Shown here one piece after another: positions 1 to 8,954 of a stretch of DNA of 27,207 bases (positions within the stretch are counted from its first letter, which is position 1; each line of letters begins with the position of its first letter). Both the position numbers and the translations under genes were made by a program. Location: contig JBFIHX010000019.1 in the NCBI GenBank assembly GCA_041601615.1, positions 1 to 27,207 on the forward strand, written 5' to 3'. The DNA comes from Thermoplasmatota archaeon. Its GTDB lineage: Archaea; Thermoplasmatota; E2; JACPAO01; JAHFTW01. The notes beneath the pieces were generated by a model that searched no databases, was not told the origin of the DNA, and saw nothing but the letters and a program-made list of their open reading frames with translations.

Positions 1-7
1 GTCGAGC

Positions 8-1132
8 ATGAGGTCTTGGTTGCATTGGAATGGCCGCAAATTCGACCGTCAGCCCATCATTGGTCGCGCTCCCCGGCGCCCCAAGGCCCGCAAGCAGTTC
101 ATCCCGACGCCCGTACAGCTTCGCACCGTCAAGGCAGTGGCATCCATCCGTACCCGCGTTTGCGTCAATTCGATTGCCTTTGGCGGGCTTCGCCCACACA
201 TCCTAGGCGACCATGAGGGCGAAAATGGCCTCATGGTCCAGAACATCACCGGCCTCGCCGTCGTACAGGGTCGGTACGAGGTGGAATCCTTGCCCTTGCG
301 CGTGGAGGTGCCAGACGAGTTGAGCAAGGCGGGGTTCTCGTTCTTGACTTTCTGGGGCGGCGAAGCCGCCGAGGATCTTGTGGCGTACCTGAACTCCCGC
401 ATCGAGGACGGCGAGGACGTAGGCCCAGAATCCCCCATTATCGGCTACGAAAAGGGTGCTATGAAGCGGCATGCTGAGAGGAAATTCCTCGACACCAAGC
501 GCATCTGCGAGCTTATGAGAATCGCTCACCGTAGGGCAGGCCTCGCGCTTCCGCCCTACATTTGGCGAAGCTACTTCGATACCCAATTGCTCCTGGCTGA
601 ATCCAAGGGCCTTGTCGTGCGCGATTATCGCCAATTCTGGATGGGGCATACCGGAGACATCGAGGCCCAATACACCGTGCGCAAATGCCTGTCCGTGGAG
701 ATCCTAGAGGACATGGAGCAACGCTACATGGCAGCAATTAAGCTCCTAGAAACAAGACGCACCGACGAAGAAGACAATGGGGCCCAGAGCGTCGTATTGG
801 CGTTCTTGGGTGGCATTGGCTGCACCGAAGACGAAATCGCTGCCGTGGACTTTGACAACCCCGACCCTGTGGCCATCAAGTGCCTCGTGGACGCCAAAGT
901 CGCCGCCCTCATCCCCACAGCACCCGAACCCGCGTCAACGGCACTGGTGGCCCCGCAGGGGCCACAGCAGCGCATCGTAGACGCCGACGACGTAGAGACA
1001 TGGCTAGAGCAGGGCTGGACCTGGGAATACAACGCACCCCTACCCCATGGCAAGGCATTGGTCAAAGCCCCAAGCCCGGCTTCCCCAGATGGAGCCTGGA
1101 CGGCTCCGACCGGGACCCCCGTGCACGCCTGA
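8..1132 (+). CDS. Tyrosine recombinase/integrase, archaeal type (probably 5'-partial)
   Basis: Catalytic-type motifs AFGGLR(P), PYIWRSYFDT (YxxR in place of HxxR) and FWMGHTGDIEAQY; C-terminal QRIVDADDVETWLEQGW...LPHGKALVK tail of the kind I associate with archaeal integrases. Frame is open to the window edge. Confidence 0.9.
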   Translation: MRSWLHWNGRKFDRQPIIGRAPRRPKARKQFIPTPVQLRTVKAVASIRTRVCVNSIAFGGLRPHILGDHEGENGLMVQNITGLAVVQGRYEVESLPLRVEVPDELSKAGFSFLTFWGGEAAEDLVAYLNSRIEDGEDVGPESPIIGYEKGAMKRHAERKFLDTKRICELMRIAHRRAGLALPPYIWRSYFDTQLLLAESKGLVVRDYRQFWMGHTGDIEAQYTVRKCLSVEILEDMEQRYMAAIKLLETRRTDEEDNGAQSVVLAFLGGIGCTEDEIAAVDFDNPDPVAIKCLVDAKVAALIPTAPEPASTALVAPQGPQQRIVDADDVETWLEQGWTWEYNAPLPHGKALVKAPSPASPDGAWTAPTGTPVHA

Positions 1133-1151
1133 GGCCCTGTCCTCATCCACC

Positions 1152-1358
1152 TTACCCTTTGGCCATTCCTTGACGCAATAGCATCAAAATGTAGGTCGAT
1201 AGCTTACCCGATAACGCCGCATCAATCGGCACTTCATCCGGCTCCATCAATAGAGCGTCGCGCACAGGATCACCTCGTGGCAATCGAGCAGCTACCGCCT
1301 TTACTTCCCGCAAATTGAAACAGTGTCGAGGCCCCATAGGGGCCTCACTCGGACTCAT
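1152..1358 (-). CDS. Small hypothetical protein (~68 aa), last gene of the leftward run
   Basis: ATG at 1358 overlaps the ATPase 3' end (alternative ATG 1337 after GAGG); helical NLREVKAVAARLPRGDPVRDALLMEPDEV; converges on the integrase. Confidence 0.65.
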   Translation of the reverse strand: MSPSEAPMGPRHCFNLREVKAVAARLPRGDPVRDALLMEPDEVPIDAALSGKLSTYILMLLRQGMAKG

Positions 1359-2733
1359 CAGACTCCCCCCGCACATCACGGTCATCCGCGTTTTTCAAGC
1401 GTTTGGGTCGAGTGGAATGAGATTCCCCAACGCCCTCGTCATTCTTGCGCAGGAGCTCAGGAAGCTCGATGTTACGCCAGTTGGGCGTCTGCCCTCGCCA
1501 TCGCCGCGTCGCCTCGGCCGCCACTCGCCGCGCAGCACGGTCAGACAACGCAAACTCTTCGCAGAGCAAGACGCGGTTGATGAACCGCTTCTGCGTCAAG
1601 TACCGGGTAGGGTCACGAAGAACGCACTCAATGACCTTCTCCCACTCGTCCACCTGGCCAGCACTCCCGTCCTCGGGCTGAAAATCAGCCAAGTAGAACG
1701 AAGAGTCGCCAAGGGCCAATTGGATAGCGGTCTTCATTTCCCCTACTCGGTGTAGCTTAGAAATGAAACGAATGAGACGGTTCATGTTCACGTCCACGTC
1801 AATCGAGGCCATGCCCCGATGTGCGTAATTCAGGAATCGAAGCTCATGCACACCTTCCACGAGTTGCTTGAAGCCCTCCTTGCGCAAGGTACGATGCACC
1901 TCGAAGGACTCCTTCTCGGTCTTGACGATCCGCGTCACATTCTCTCCTTCCTGTTCGCGCAGAGCCTTGTATTGCTCGCTCTCCGTATGCCAGATTTCGA
2001 GCTTGCTCATGCCCAACTTGCGAAGCATATGTCGGAAATCCGAGAACATCCGAACGCTCTTGGTACTCCCACCACGCAAGTTCGTCTCCGGTTCGTCGAT
2101 GACAAGACAGATCAGACTCCCCGGCGGCAACCGCGTCCAGATTCGTAGGACTTCGGAGAGTAAAGAGACGTGATGGATGCGGTCATGGAACCGATTGCTC
2201 GTGTCCTTGATGCCCGAAATGTTGGTGACGATGTGGACCTTCGGCCGCTCCAAGAGTGTCAGTTGGTACTCCATGAACGAAACGGCCAAGTGGCTCTTGC
2301 CCGTGCCCATGTGGCCCGTCACCGTTACCTCTCGACCCTCGCTAAACAAGTGTCGTAGGTTGGCGGTGTTGCACCAGGACGGGTATTCGTAGTGGGCACG
2401 GTCAAACTCGGGGCCAACATTTTGAGAGTGGTAGCCAAGCTCGGTGTCCATGACTGCCAAACGGCCGTCCACTTTGCTCAACATCTCCATGTAAACGGAC
2501 TCCAGCTTGGCATAATCGTATGGCACCGAACGCGGGTTGGATTCCAGCTTAAACAACTCGGAATCAGCCCACGAAAGGATTGCATTCTTGGCCGTCCGAG
2601 GGTCGCCCATGTGCAGCGTTCGGGCCAACGCTTCGGTTGCGTCGGCGTCGTGCCAGTTTCGTAGCCGTTCGGCGTCCTGCATGACGCCTTGCCAGCGCAC
2701 CATACGAAGCATCTTGGGGCCGCCTTCACTCAT
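1345..2733 (-). CDS. P-loop ATPase, Zot/pleolipovirus-like morphogenesis or packaging ATPase with possible C-terminal HTH (462 aa)
   Basis: Walker A VTVTGHMGTGKS, IVTNISGI (Zot-like TNI motif), Walker B LVIDE, downstream MLRKLG...IWH; start moved to ATG 2733 (GGAGG upstream, overlaps upstream gene end). Confidence 0.8.
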   Translation of the reverse strand: MSEGGPKMLRMVRWQGVMQDAERLRNWHDADATEALARTLHMGDPRTAKNAILSWADSELFKLESNPRSVPYDYAKLESVYMEMLSKVDGRLAVMDTELGYHSQNVGPEFDRAHYEYPSWCNTANLRHLFSEGREVTVTGHMGTGKSHLAVSFMEYQLTLLERPKVHIVTNISGIKDTSNRFHDRIHHVSLLSEVLRIWTRLPPGSLICLVIDEPETNLRGGSTKSVRMFSDFRHMLRKLGMSKLEIWHTESEQYKALREQEGENVTRIVKTEKESFEVHRTLRKEGFKQLVEGVHELRFLNYAHRGMASIDVDVNMNRLIRFISKLHRVGEMKTAIQLALGDSSFYLADFQPEDGSAGQVDEWEKVIECVLRDPTRYLTQKRFINRVLLCEEFALSDRAARRVAAEATRRWRGQTPNWRNIELPELLRKNDEGVGESHSTRPKRLKNADDRDVRGESDESE

Positions 2734-3190
2734 CGTCGCCCGCCTCCAGTTCGAGGTCGAATTCCGGGGCACCCTGGCCCCTTCCGAGCTTGCCTTGGCG
2801 CAGCCGGGCTTCCACAGCGTCCTGTTTGACAAACAACGGGTCCGTGCCCATCACCTTTAGGAGCATCCCGCGACGATCCATGAGGCGCATCAGGGCCCTT
2901 TTGGCGGCAAAAATGTCCTCCCATTCAATGTCTCGGCGCCACCGCCGGTTACAAGCCCATTTCTCGAACTCCCCCTCAAGAACTCCCTCCCATTCCTCTT
3001 GGAATATCTCGTCCAAGGAGTCCAAATTGCAGAGGTCCGAGAGGATGTGTACGATGGGTAGCGCGGCGTTGCGAGCAAGGCGGGCGTTGGCGATGCGCCC
3101 AAGGTTGTGTTGGATGCCAGGAACGATGTTGACACTCTGCGTGACCTGAACGTCGGGATTGATGAGCTGCGGTTCTTCGCCGTCGTCCAT
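2726..3190 (-). CDS. Hypothetical acidic helical protein (154 aa), ATPase-adjacent
   Basis: ATG 3190 in a TGATG overlap with the upstream stop, GGAGGGAG RBS; sequence MDDGEEPQLINPD... Confidence 0.75.
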   Translation of the reverse strand: MDDGEEPQLINPDVQVTQSVNIVPGIQHNLGRIANARLARNAALPIVHILSDLCNLDSLDEIFQEEWEGVLEGEFEKWACNRRWRRDIEWEDIFAAKRALMRLMDRRGMLLKVMGTDPLFVKQDAVEARLRQGKLGRGQGAPEFDLELEAGDDE

Positions 3191-3609
3191 CAGGCTCCCT
3201 CCAGGTTGTCTTGAATCGCTTGCTTGACCTCCGAGCGCAGCCGCCCGATGAGATCCCATGCCCAGAGAATATCCCCGTCCGGAACAAGGGTGCCCTGGAA
3301 GTCCTGCAACATGACTTCGCGGCGCATCCTGACGCGGCGCGAGGTCGTGCGTTGTCGTCGCCCGTGGCCTTCCTTGAACCGAAAGACTCGCAGAATCTCG
3401 CCGGGGGCTCCGGTCGGCTCCAGGCCCTCGCTCCAATCCACACCATACTCGCGGCTCATGGAGACAAGGCGCAGGATTTCGGTAGGAGTGATGTATTCTG
3501 GATGGCGTGGCATCCGGGCCAGGATGGTCAAGGCGCGGCGCCCGTCACTGGCCAGGACAAAGGCGTCCGGCTTGGCTCCGGGGAGGGCCGCGGCGGCCTC
3601 GTGGCTCAT
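3190..3609 (-). CDS. Hypothetical protein (139 aa)
   Basis: ATGA overlap with upstream gene, GGAGG RBS; coupled to the downstream gene. Confidence 0.75.
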   Translation of the reverse strand: MSHEAAAALPGAKPDAFVLASDGRRALTILARMPRHPEYITPTEILRLVSMSREYGVDWSEGLEPTGAPGEILRVFRFKEGHGRRQRTTSRRVRMRREVMLQDFQGTLVPDGDILWAWDLIGRLRSEVKQAIQDNLEGA

Positions 3610-4424
3610 GCGCTACGCCTCCTTGCAACGTAGAACGCCGCCGCCAAGACCAAGAGAATCATGCCACTGATAGTGGCTTCTTGCCAGGAGCGGTTCTTGT
3701 AGTTCTGAATGTCCTTGTAGTCGGGGTTCCAGACCCAATCCGGGTACGAAGTGAAGCCCGTGGCCCAATCCGTGTGGTGATTCTCGGAGTTCTTCCACCC
3801 ATGCTCGTCCTGTACCTGGATGGAGACGGACTCACCCGGAATGTACGGCACGTCCAGCGTGGTCTGATTGGATTCTACTTGTTCCAGGATATGTCCAGCC
3901 GATGGGCTACCCCGGTACATGGTCAACGTGAAGACCTGGTTGGGGTCGTGGGCCTCGAAGACGAAGCGCCCCTCCTTTTCCTTGGCCCCAAGTAAGGCGG
4001 CTTCGTAGGGCTGCGGTGGGTGTACCACGTCGAACTCCGAGAGCCAGTCGCGCTCCAATTCACCCGCCGAGGCGTGGAAGACGACGCGATAGAGGCCTAC
4101 TTCTTGGCGTCCCAGGTTCACCCATGCGACGCCGGGAAACGGCTGCACACCGGCTTGGAGCCACGCTTGCCCGCCGGGAATGATGAGCGGGTCGCCGTCT
4201 TGCGTGCGCACCTCCAAGCTCACCCGATCCGATTGGGGAACCCCATCGCGCACGGCACGGACTTGAACGGGAATCACCACATCCTGGTCCGATCGGTATT
4301 GGAACGCGGGCTCGACGTTGATGCGAACATAGTTGGATGCAATCCGAGCGTCTTGAGCGTCCACCACGGGACCGATGAAGCCAAAAAGAAGAAGCGCCGC
4401 CACGGCCCAGATCCGAGATTGCAT
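3606..4424 (-). CDS. Secreted, C-terminally membrane-anchored beta-rich protein (272 aa)
   Basis: Signal peptide MQSRIWAVAALLLFGFIGPVVDA; C-terminal TM ISGMILLVLAAAFYV followed by ARRR. Confidence 0.85.
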   Translation of the reverse strand: MQSRIWAVAALLLFGFIGPVVDAQDARIASNYVRINVEPAFQYRSDQDVVIPVQVRAVRDGVPQSDRVSLEVRTQDGDPLIIPGGQAWLQAGVQPFPGVAWVNLGRQEVGLYRVVFHASAGELERDWLSEFDVVHPPQPYEAALLGAKEKEGRFVFEAHDPNQVFTLTMYRGSPSAGHILEQVESNQTTLDVPYIPGESVSIQVQDEHGWKNSENHHTDWATGFTSYPDWVWNPDYKDIQNYKNRSWQEATISGMILLVLAAAFYVARRRSA

Positions 4425-4426
4425 GG

Positions 4427-5098
4427 CTACATCAACTCCCGCAGGAACCGCTCATCTTGCAAGGTCCGCTCCCGGACCTCTTGCTGGAGGCGGTGATTCA
4501 TGGTACGCGACAGGTACGTCGTGACCTCGCGGGTATCGTAAGTGACTTCCAATTCCGTCTCGTTGACGTACCGCTCTACTGGAACCGTGACGGCCCAACC
4601 AAGCGCACCCCGACGGGCTAGGTTGCGGCGGTGAACGTGCGCAGAGTATCGTCCTTCCCTCCAAGTCCAGAGGTCGTCCTTGGTGCGCAGGGTGCCGGGA
4701 AAATACCACCGTTTGACCCATTGGGCCTCGCCGTGATCTCCATGCATAACAGGAATCTCGATGACCGGCAACACACCGCGCAAGGCAACGGTCAAGAACG
4801 CCACGAGTGGGACGAGAATCCAGACGAACGCCTCTATGCGCCACGCAAGGAAGTCCATGAGGGCCACTCGGGCCTGAAACCAGAGATAACCGGTCGCTTG
4901 GCTTCCGCCCAGGATGTAATCGTAGGCGAACAAGAGCAGGGCCAGGATGAAGCCCGCCGTGAGGATTCGCTCGAATATGCCGGCGCGGCGCTTGTTTGCT
5001 TGGCGCCAGGGAACGGGGCCGAGCGGCACGTCCGGTGACACTAGGCGACGCGGTTGTTTAGGTGGTTCGATGTGCGCCGGGGTGCGGTCTTTGTACAT
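4427..5098 (-). CDS. Membrane protein, 2 TM helices plus soluble C-terminal domain (223 aa)
   Basis: Hydrophobic ILTAGFILALLLFAY and AFVWILVPLVAFLTVAL; ATG 5098 in a TGATG overlap, GGAGG RBS. Confidence 0.8.
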   Translation of the reverse strand: MYKDRTPAHIEPPKQPRRLVSPDVPLGPVPWRQANKRRAGIFERILTAGFILALLLFAYDYILGGSQATGYLWFQARVALMDFLAWRIEAFVWILVPLVAFLTVALRGVLPVIEIPVMHGDHGEAQWVKRWYFPGTLRTKDDLWTWREGRYSAHVHRRNLARRGALGWAVTVPVERYVNETELEVTYDTREVTTYLSRTMNHRLQQEVRERTLQDERFLRELM

Positions 5099-5982
5099 CA
5101 AACACGACCTCCTTCGGCAATGGAGCGGCGCTTGGGTAGGGCCGCCATAACGCGATCAAGGAGGCCGGGGCTGCGGCGTTGTTCTATGTCTAGGTCGTGA
5201 AGCGCTTGGATGAATTCAGGAGCGTCCGCCGTTACTTCCAGACGAACGGCGACGGCACGAAGTAATGCGCGGTCCAGTTCCGACGGCACATTGCGGCGAA
5301 CCTGGGCAACATACCACGCCACGAGGGCCGCCCCAAGGACGACTACGAGCAGGAGGTGGCCAACAGATTCGTCTAAGCCATCCATCGCTTGCTGGGCTTC
5401 GTTGCGGGAGGCTTGTCTTTCTTCGTTTGCCTGGGCACGGCGCAGGGCCTCCGTTTCGACGTAGGCAGCAAACTCTTCGTTGGAAACCAAGGAGGCAAGG
5501 TCGCCCGTGCGGGCCACATCGATGGGCAATTGATTGGCTTCGACTGCCATTTGGGCCGCCTCGGCGGCTGCGACGGCTTGCTGAGCGGCCGTTGCAGCTT
5601 CCTTGGCTGCTTTGGCTGCTTCGTTTCCGGCGCGTTGGGCACCTTGGACGGCGAGGCGAACCAACGCGGCTATGTCGAGGACTGAGACAACACCCTCGTG
5701 TTCTTCGAGTGTGCCGTCTTCATACTCGATGGTGAGGCTCCATGCGTGTACTCCGTCGGGTACGTCGGGGAGTTCGATTCCGAACCTACCGGTTGCGTTT
5801 TCGATGGTGGTGTTGCCGATGCCGTCTACGTCGAGGTGCAGGAGTGCTATGTCATCTTCTAGGTCCACTAGGACGACGACGAAGGGCGACTGCATGGCGC
5901 CCGGCGCGTGGATGGCGGCGGCGTCCGATATGGGGGCGGTCAGGAGGCTAGCGAGAAGAAGGGTGGTTGCGAGTTGCTTCAT
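5098..5982 (-). CDS. Secreted protein with beta domain, Ala-rich coiled-coil stalk and TM anchor (294 aa)
   Basis: Signal peptide MKQLATTLLLASLL; AAKAAKEAATAAQQAVAAAEAAQ stalk; TM LLLVVVLGAALVAWYV-AQVRR; AGGTGA RBS. Confidence 0.85.
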   Translation of the reverse strand: MKQLATTLLLASLLTAPISDAAAIHAPGAMQSPFVVVLVDLEDDIALLHLDVDGIGNTTIENATGRFGIELPDVPDGVHAWSLTIEYEDGTLEEHEGVVSVLDIAALVRLAVQGAQRAGNEAAKAAKEAATAAQQAVAAAEAAQMAVEANQLPIDVARTGDLASLVSNEEFAAYVETEALRRAQANEERQASRNEAQQAMDGLDESVGHLLLVVVLGAALVAWYVAQVRRNVPSELDRALLRAVAVRLEVTADAPEFIQALHDLDIEQRRSPGLLDRVMAALPKRRSIAEGGRV

Positions 5983-6029
5983 TGGACATCACCTGATGCC
6001 CCACATACACCGAAGCAGGATGGAGGGGG

Positions 6030-7316
6030 TTAGGAGGTGGCGCGTTGGTTCGCACCAATTTGCAAGGCGTAGCGTTCCGCTAGGGGCAATGAACCGTGCT
6101 CGGATTTGTCAGAAGGGAACACCTTGCCCAGGAGAACACCTCGACTGCCTTGTCGCACGATGAGCAAACCACCACGAGTCGTAGCGAACAAGGCGGGTCC
6201 AGGCATTGCCTTGGAAATTGCCTTGATTCGCTTTGGGCTGTACGTGTGGTCGCCCACAGGAATCCAAGTGGCGTTCTTCGGAGCATCTAGTTCCTTCAGG
6301 TATGCGCCCAGATTCATCGTGAAGGTGTTGGCCACTTCTTCTTTCCAGGGGATTGTCACGGCCACTCGGGCGCCTGACTCCTTCTGAAGTTCGATGGCCT
6401 GCTTATCAGAAATGGGAGGCGCATTGGAATCGAAGATTGCCATTGCTTGACCCTCATCCATTAGCATCCCGCCCTTGCCAAGGTCCACGCTCCATTCCTT
6501 GAGATTGGTGTCCTTGCTGGTGCGGGGCTTGGCCCCCAGCACGAGGCGCCGCAAACGATTCTCCAGGCCAGTCGCGGCTGGAGCTGCGGGTGGTTGGGCC
6601 CGGTTGTGGGTGTGCTTGGCAAGTAGTTTGGCACGCTCGGCTCGTTCGTATGCTGAAGCGTCGAAGTGCTTCACGGCACGGGCTTGTTTGCTGGGAGCCG
6701 ACACTTCACGGGGTGCCTCCTTCTTCGGAGTCGCGGTCTTCGGCGCAACACTCATTGGAGTCTGCTTCGATTCAACCACGTCCATGCTGCCGGAACCTGT
6801 CTTGCGGGGCTTCGGAGTGGCGGTTGGCATTTTCGCGGGGGGCTCATCTTTGCCGGGAGTGGGCTTCGGCTTGCCGTCGGGAACCCTGGCGTCGGGCGCT
6901 TTGCTGGCGGTTTTCTCGTGCTTGGCCTTGGCGTCGCCGTGGCGTGGCAGTGCGTTTGCGGGTCGTGGAGGGCGCGTAGGTTTGCGGTCCTCGACGGGCT
7001 CAGTGTCGATGCCCAAGAGGTCGTGGTGGACTGGATCGCGGAACCACAACTCGACGCGCTTGCCGCGCGGGTCGATGACGCTCTTGCTCGTGCTTTGCGC
7101 GTCCCGTTGGCGGGCTTTCTTGCTGCGCTCGGCTTGCCGCTTGGCAATCTCGGAGAGGCTTCGGTGCGGATAGCCGTCGTACTCCTTGGCCCATCGGGCT
7201 GCTGCGGCGTGGCGGGCGTGGTCGCGGCGGTCCCCGTTGTTTGCCTTGGCGTGGATGGCAGCGAGGCGGCGCTTCTCATCCGCCGACTTCGTGCTGCCCT
7301 TCCTACTACGTGCCAC
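6030..7316 (-). CDS. Basic, modular hypothetical protein (428 aa): basic leader, WxRDxxxxDxxGxDT motif, Pro/Lys linker, globular C-terminal domain
   Basis: GTG 7316 with GGAGG RBS, overlapping the upstream gene end; long ORF in the coupled run. Confidence 0.8.
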   Translation of the reverse strand: MARSRKGSTKSADEKRRLAAIHAKANNGDRRDHARHAAAARWAKEYDGYPHRSLSEIAKRQAERSKKARQRDAQSTSKSVIDPRGKRVELWFRDPVHHDLLGIDTEPVEDRKPTRPPRPANALPRHGDAKAKHEKTASKAPDARVPDGKPKPTPGKDEPPAKMPTATPKPRKTGSGSMDVVESKQTPMSVAPKTATPKKEAPREVSAPSKQARAVKHFDASAYERAERAKLLAKHTHNRAQPPAAPAATGLENRLRRLVLGAKPRTSKDTNLKEWSVDLGKGGMLMDEGQAMAIFDSNAPPISDKQAIELQKESGARVAVTIPWKEEVANTFTMNLGAYLKELDAPKNATWIPVGDHTYSPKRIKAISKAMPGPALFATTRGGLLIVRQGSRGVLLGKVFPSDKSEHGSLPLAERYALQIGANQRATS

Positions 7317-8010
7317 GTTCAGCCTCCCGTTCGTGGAGCGACTTGCGATGATCGAGGACGGCACGGCTCGCCTCGTGGGCCAGGGTGACGCCGACTGCGA
7401 AGCTCCAGATTTCGCTCCGGCGGATGCTGTGCGGGGCGAAAGCGCGGGCCTGGACGTAGGCTCGGCGCACGGCCTCGTCGGACGACACCCCCTCGTCCAA
7501 CGCGAAGCTCAGAGCCGAGTGGTGTTCAAACCACCCGTCAAATAGGTCGTCCTCCGCTCCAGCATCGGGTGGCGGCGGTTCCTTCACGAGTTCACGAAGC
7601 GCCCGAACCGTGTAGGGCTCAGGGTTTCCACAAAGTTCGTCGCAAAGACGCTTCAGGGATCCCTCCGTCTCCCCCGGCTCCCGAATGGAGGGGTGCGCCA
7701 CGCGCCGTTGCAGGGTCTTCAGGACGTGTTGGCGCACACCCCCGTCCGTACACCCTGGCCGGAGTCGGTGGGTGGACAGGAAGGCGTGACCCCGTTCGAA
7801 GCAGACGCGCACCTGGACGTGCTCTTCGCCATCCGAGGCGATGGCCATGCTCAACTCGTGCAGCAAGGCATCGACCTTGCCTTCGGTTTCGTCGCCGTGG
7901 AAGTCTGCGATTTCACTTCGCAGCGGGCTGATGTGGTACAGCGTCGCTTGGGTCATGGCGAGTCGGGGGCGGTCGGTGAGCAAAGCGTCGGGTGTGGTGG
8001 TTGGGTTCAT
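7306..8010 (-). CDS. Hypothetical protein (~234 aa)
   Basis: ATG 8010 after AGGTGA (or GTG 8019 in a GTGA overlap); fills the gap between coupled genes; no recognisable motif. Confidence 0.7.
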   Translation of the reverse strand: MNPTTTPDALLTDRPRLAMTQATLYHISPLRSEIADFHGDETEGKVDALLHELSMAIASDGEEHVQVRVCFERGHAFLSTHRLRPGCTDGGVRQHVLKTLQRRVAHPSIREPGETEGSLKRLCDELCGNPEPYTVRALRELVKEPPPPDAGAEDDLFDGWFEHHSALSFALDEGVSSDEAVRRAYVQARAFAPHSIRRSEIWSFAVGVTLAHEASRAVLDHRKSLHEREAERGT

Positions 8011-8015
8011 GGGAT

Positions 8016-8954
8016 TCACCTGTTGCTGTCGAGGATGAGGGATTCCAGTTCGTCGCGTCGCTTTCGAGCGGCGTGGTGGACTGGGGCGTCGAGTTCCCGT
8101 ATTATGCCGGGGTCGCAAAGGGCGGCGTCAATGGCCACGATGTTCTGGGGATACGGGCGAGTGGACGTGGTAAACAGGAGTCGGTTTCGCATCACGCTCT
8201 TGGCCCAGTCGAGGGTTCCTCTTGTGTGGTAGCCGGGGCTTCTTGGTAGGTCGGGGTCGTTGCGAGGAAGCTGATCCCAGAACGCTGAAGCGGCTAGGGC
8301 GAACTGGATGCGAGCGTGGGCGGCGTTGGCCTCCCGCAGGGCCACGCGGATGCGCCGCACATTTTCAGGCACCCCGGCGTCACGATCCATCCAGTATCCG
8401 GCGCGGGCTTCTCGGTCCCGAAGCTCCCCCAGGTCTTCGACGGGTTGGGCGGGCCGTGGGAGACCAAGGTTGGTGTACCGCTTGCGCAAGCGTCTTGCTT
8501 CGGCTTTGACGCGCTTGTGTTGTTCGCTCCACGTCCAAGGGCCGTCCTTGTCGAGGATGGGGTGGTGGCCGTCGTTGCTGTGCTGGCTCCATGCCTTATT
8601 CATGGCCTCCAAGGCGGTGCTGACGACGGTGGCGCTGCCCCAGTTGTCGGGAACTCGACCCACCCACCACCGTCCCTTTTTGCTGAACCAGGTTTTGTGT
8701 CCGTGGAAACCAATCCAGCCCATGCCTCGTGCTTCGCGCAGCAAGTCCGCTTCGCGGCTTCTGGGGTCAACGCCGCGCAACAGGTCGCCTTCCTCGTCCA
8801 TGTCCCCCACGGGGGTCTTGCTGGGCGCGGCGGGGGCTGACAATGTGAGGGCGCCAAGGGGCACAAGGCGGGACTGGCCGCCGGTTGCAAGGCGCCCTTC
8901 GAGTCGAAGGCGGGCCATTACGGCATCGTGCTGGGCACGACCACCGGACCTCAC
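8016..8954 (-). CDS. Hypothetical protein (312 aa), paralog of 8951..10123, with AQHDAVMARL leader
   Basis: GTG 8954 in a GTGA overlap; colinear similarity to neighbour (GRWWVG/GRWWLG, GPWTWSEQHKR/GPWTVAEQRKR, WDQLPRNDPDLPR/WKALPEDHPDRPR). Confidence 0.85.
   Translation of the reverse strand: MRSGGRAQHDAVMARLRLEGRLATGGQSRLVPLGALTLSAPAAPSKTPVGDMDEEGDLLRGVDPRSREADLLREARGMGWIGFHGHKTWFSKKGRWWVGRVPDNWGSATVVSTALEAMNKAWSQHSNDGHHPILDKDGPWTWSEQHKRVKAEARRLRKRYTNLGLPRPAQPVEDLGELRDREARAGYWMDRDAGVPENVRRIRVALREANAAHARIQFALAASAFWDQLPRNDPDLPRSPGYHTRGTLDWAKSVMRNRLLFTTSTRPYPQNIVAIDAALCDPGIIRELDAPVHHAARKRRDELESLILDSNR

Noticed and set aside
1345-2733. ATPase as terminase large subunit or VirB4/VirD4
   Set aside because: No nuclease domain, portal or relaxase nearby; size and the TNI motif fit Zot/pleolipovirus-type better, though this was not tested by search.
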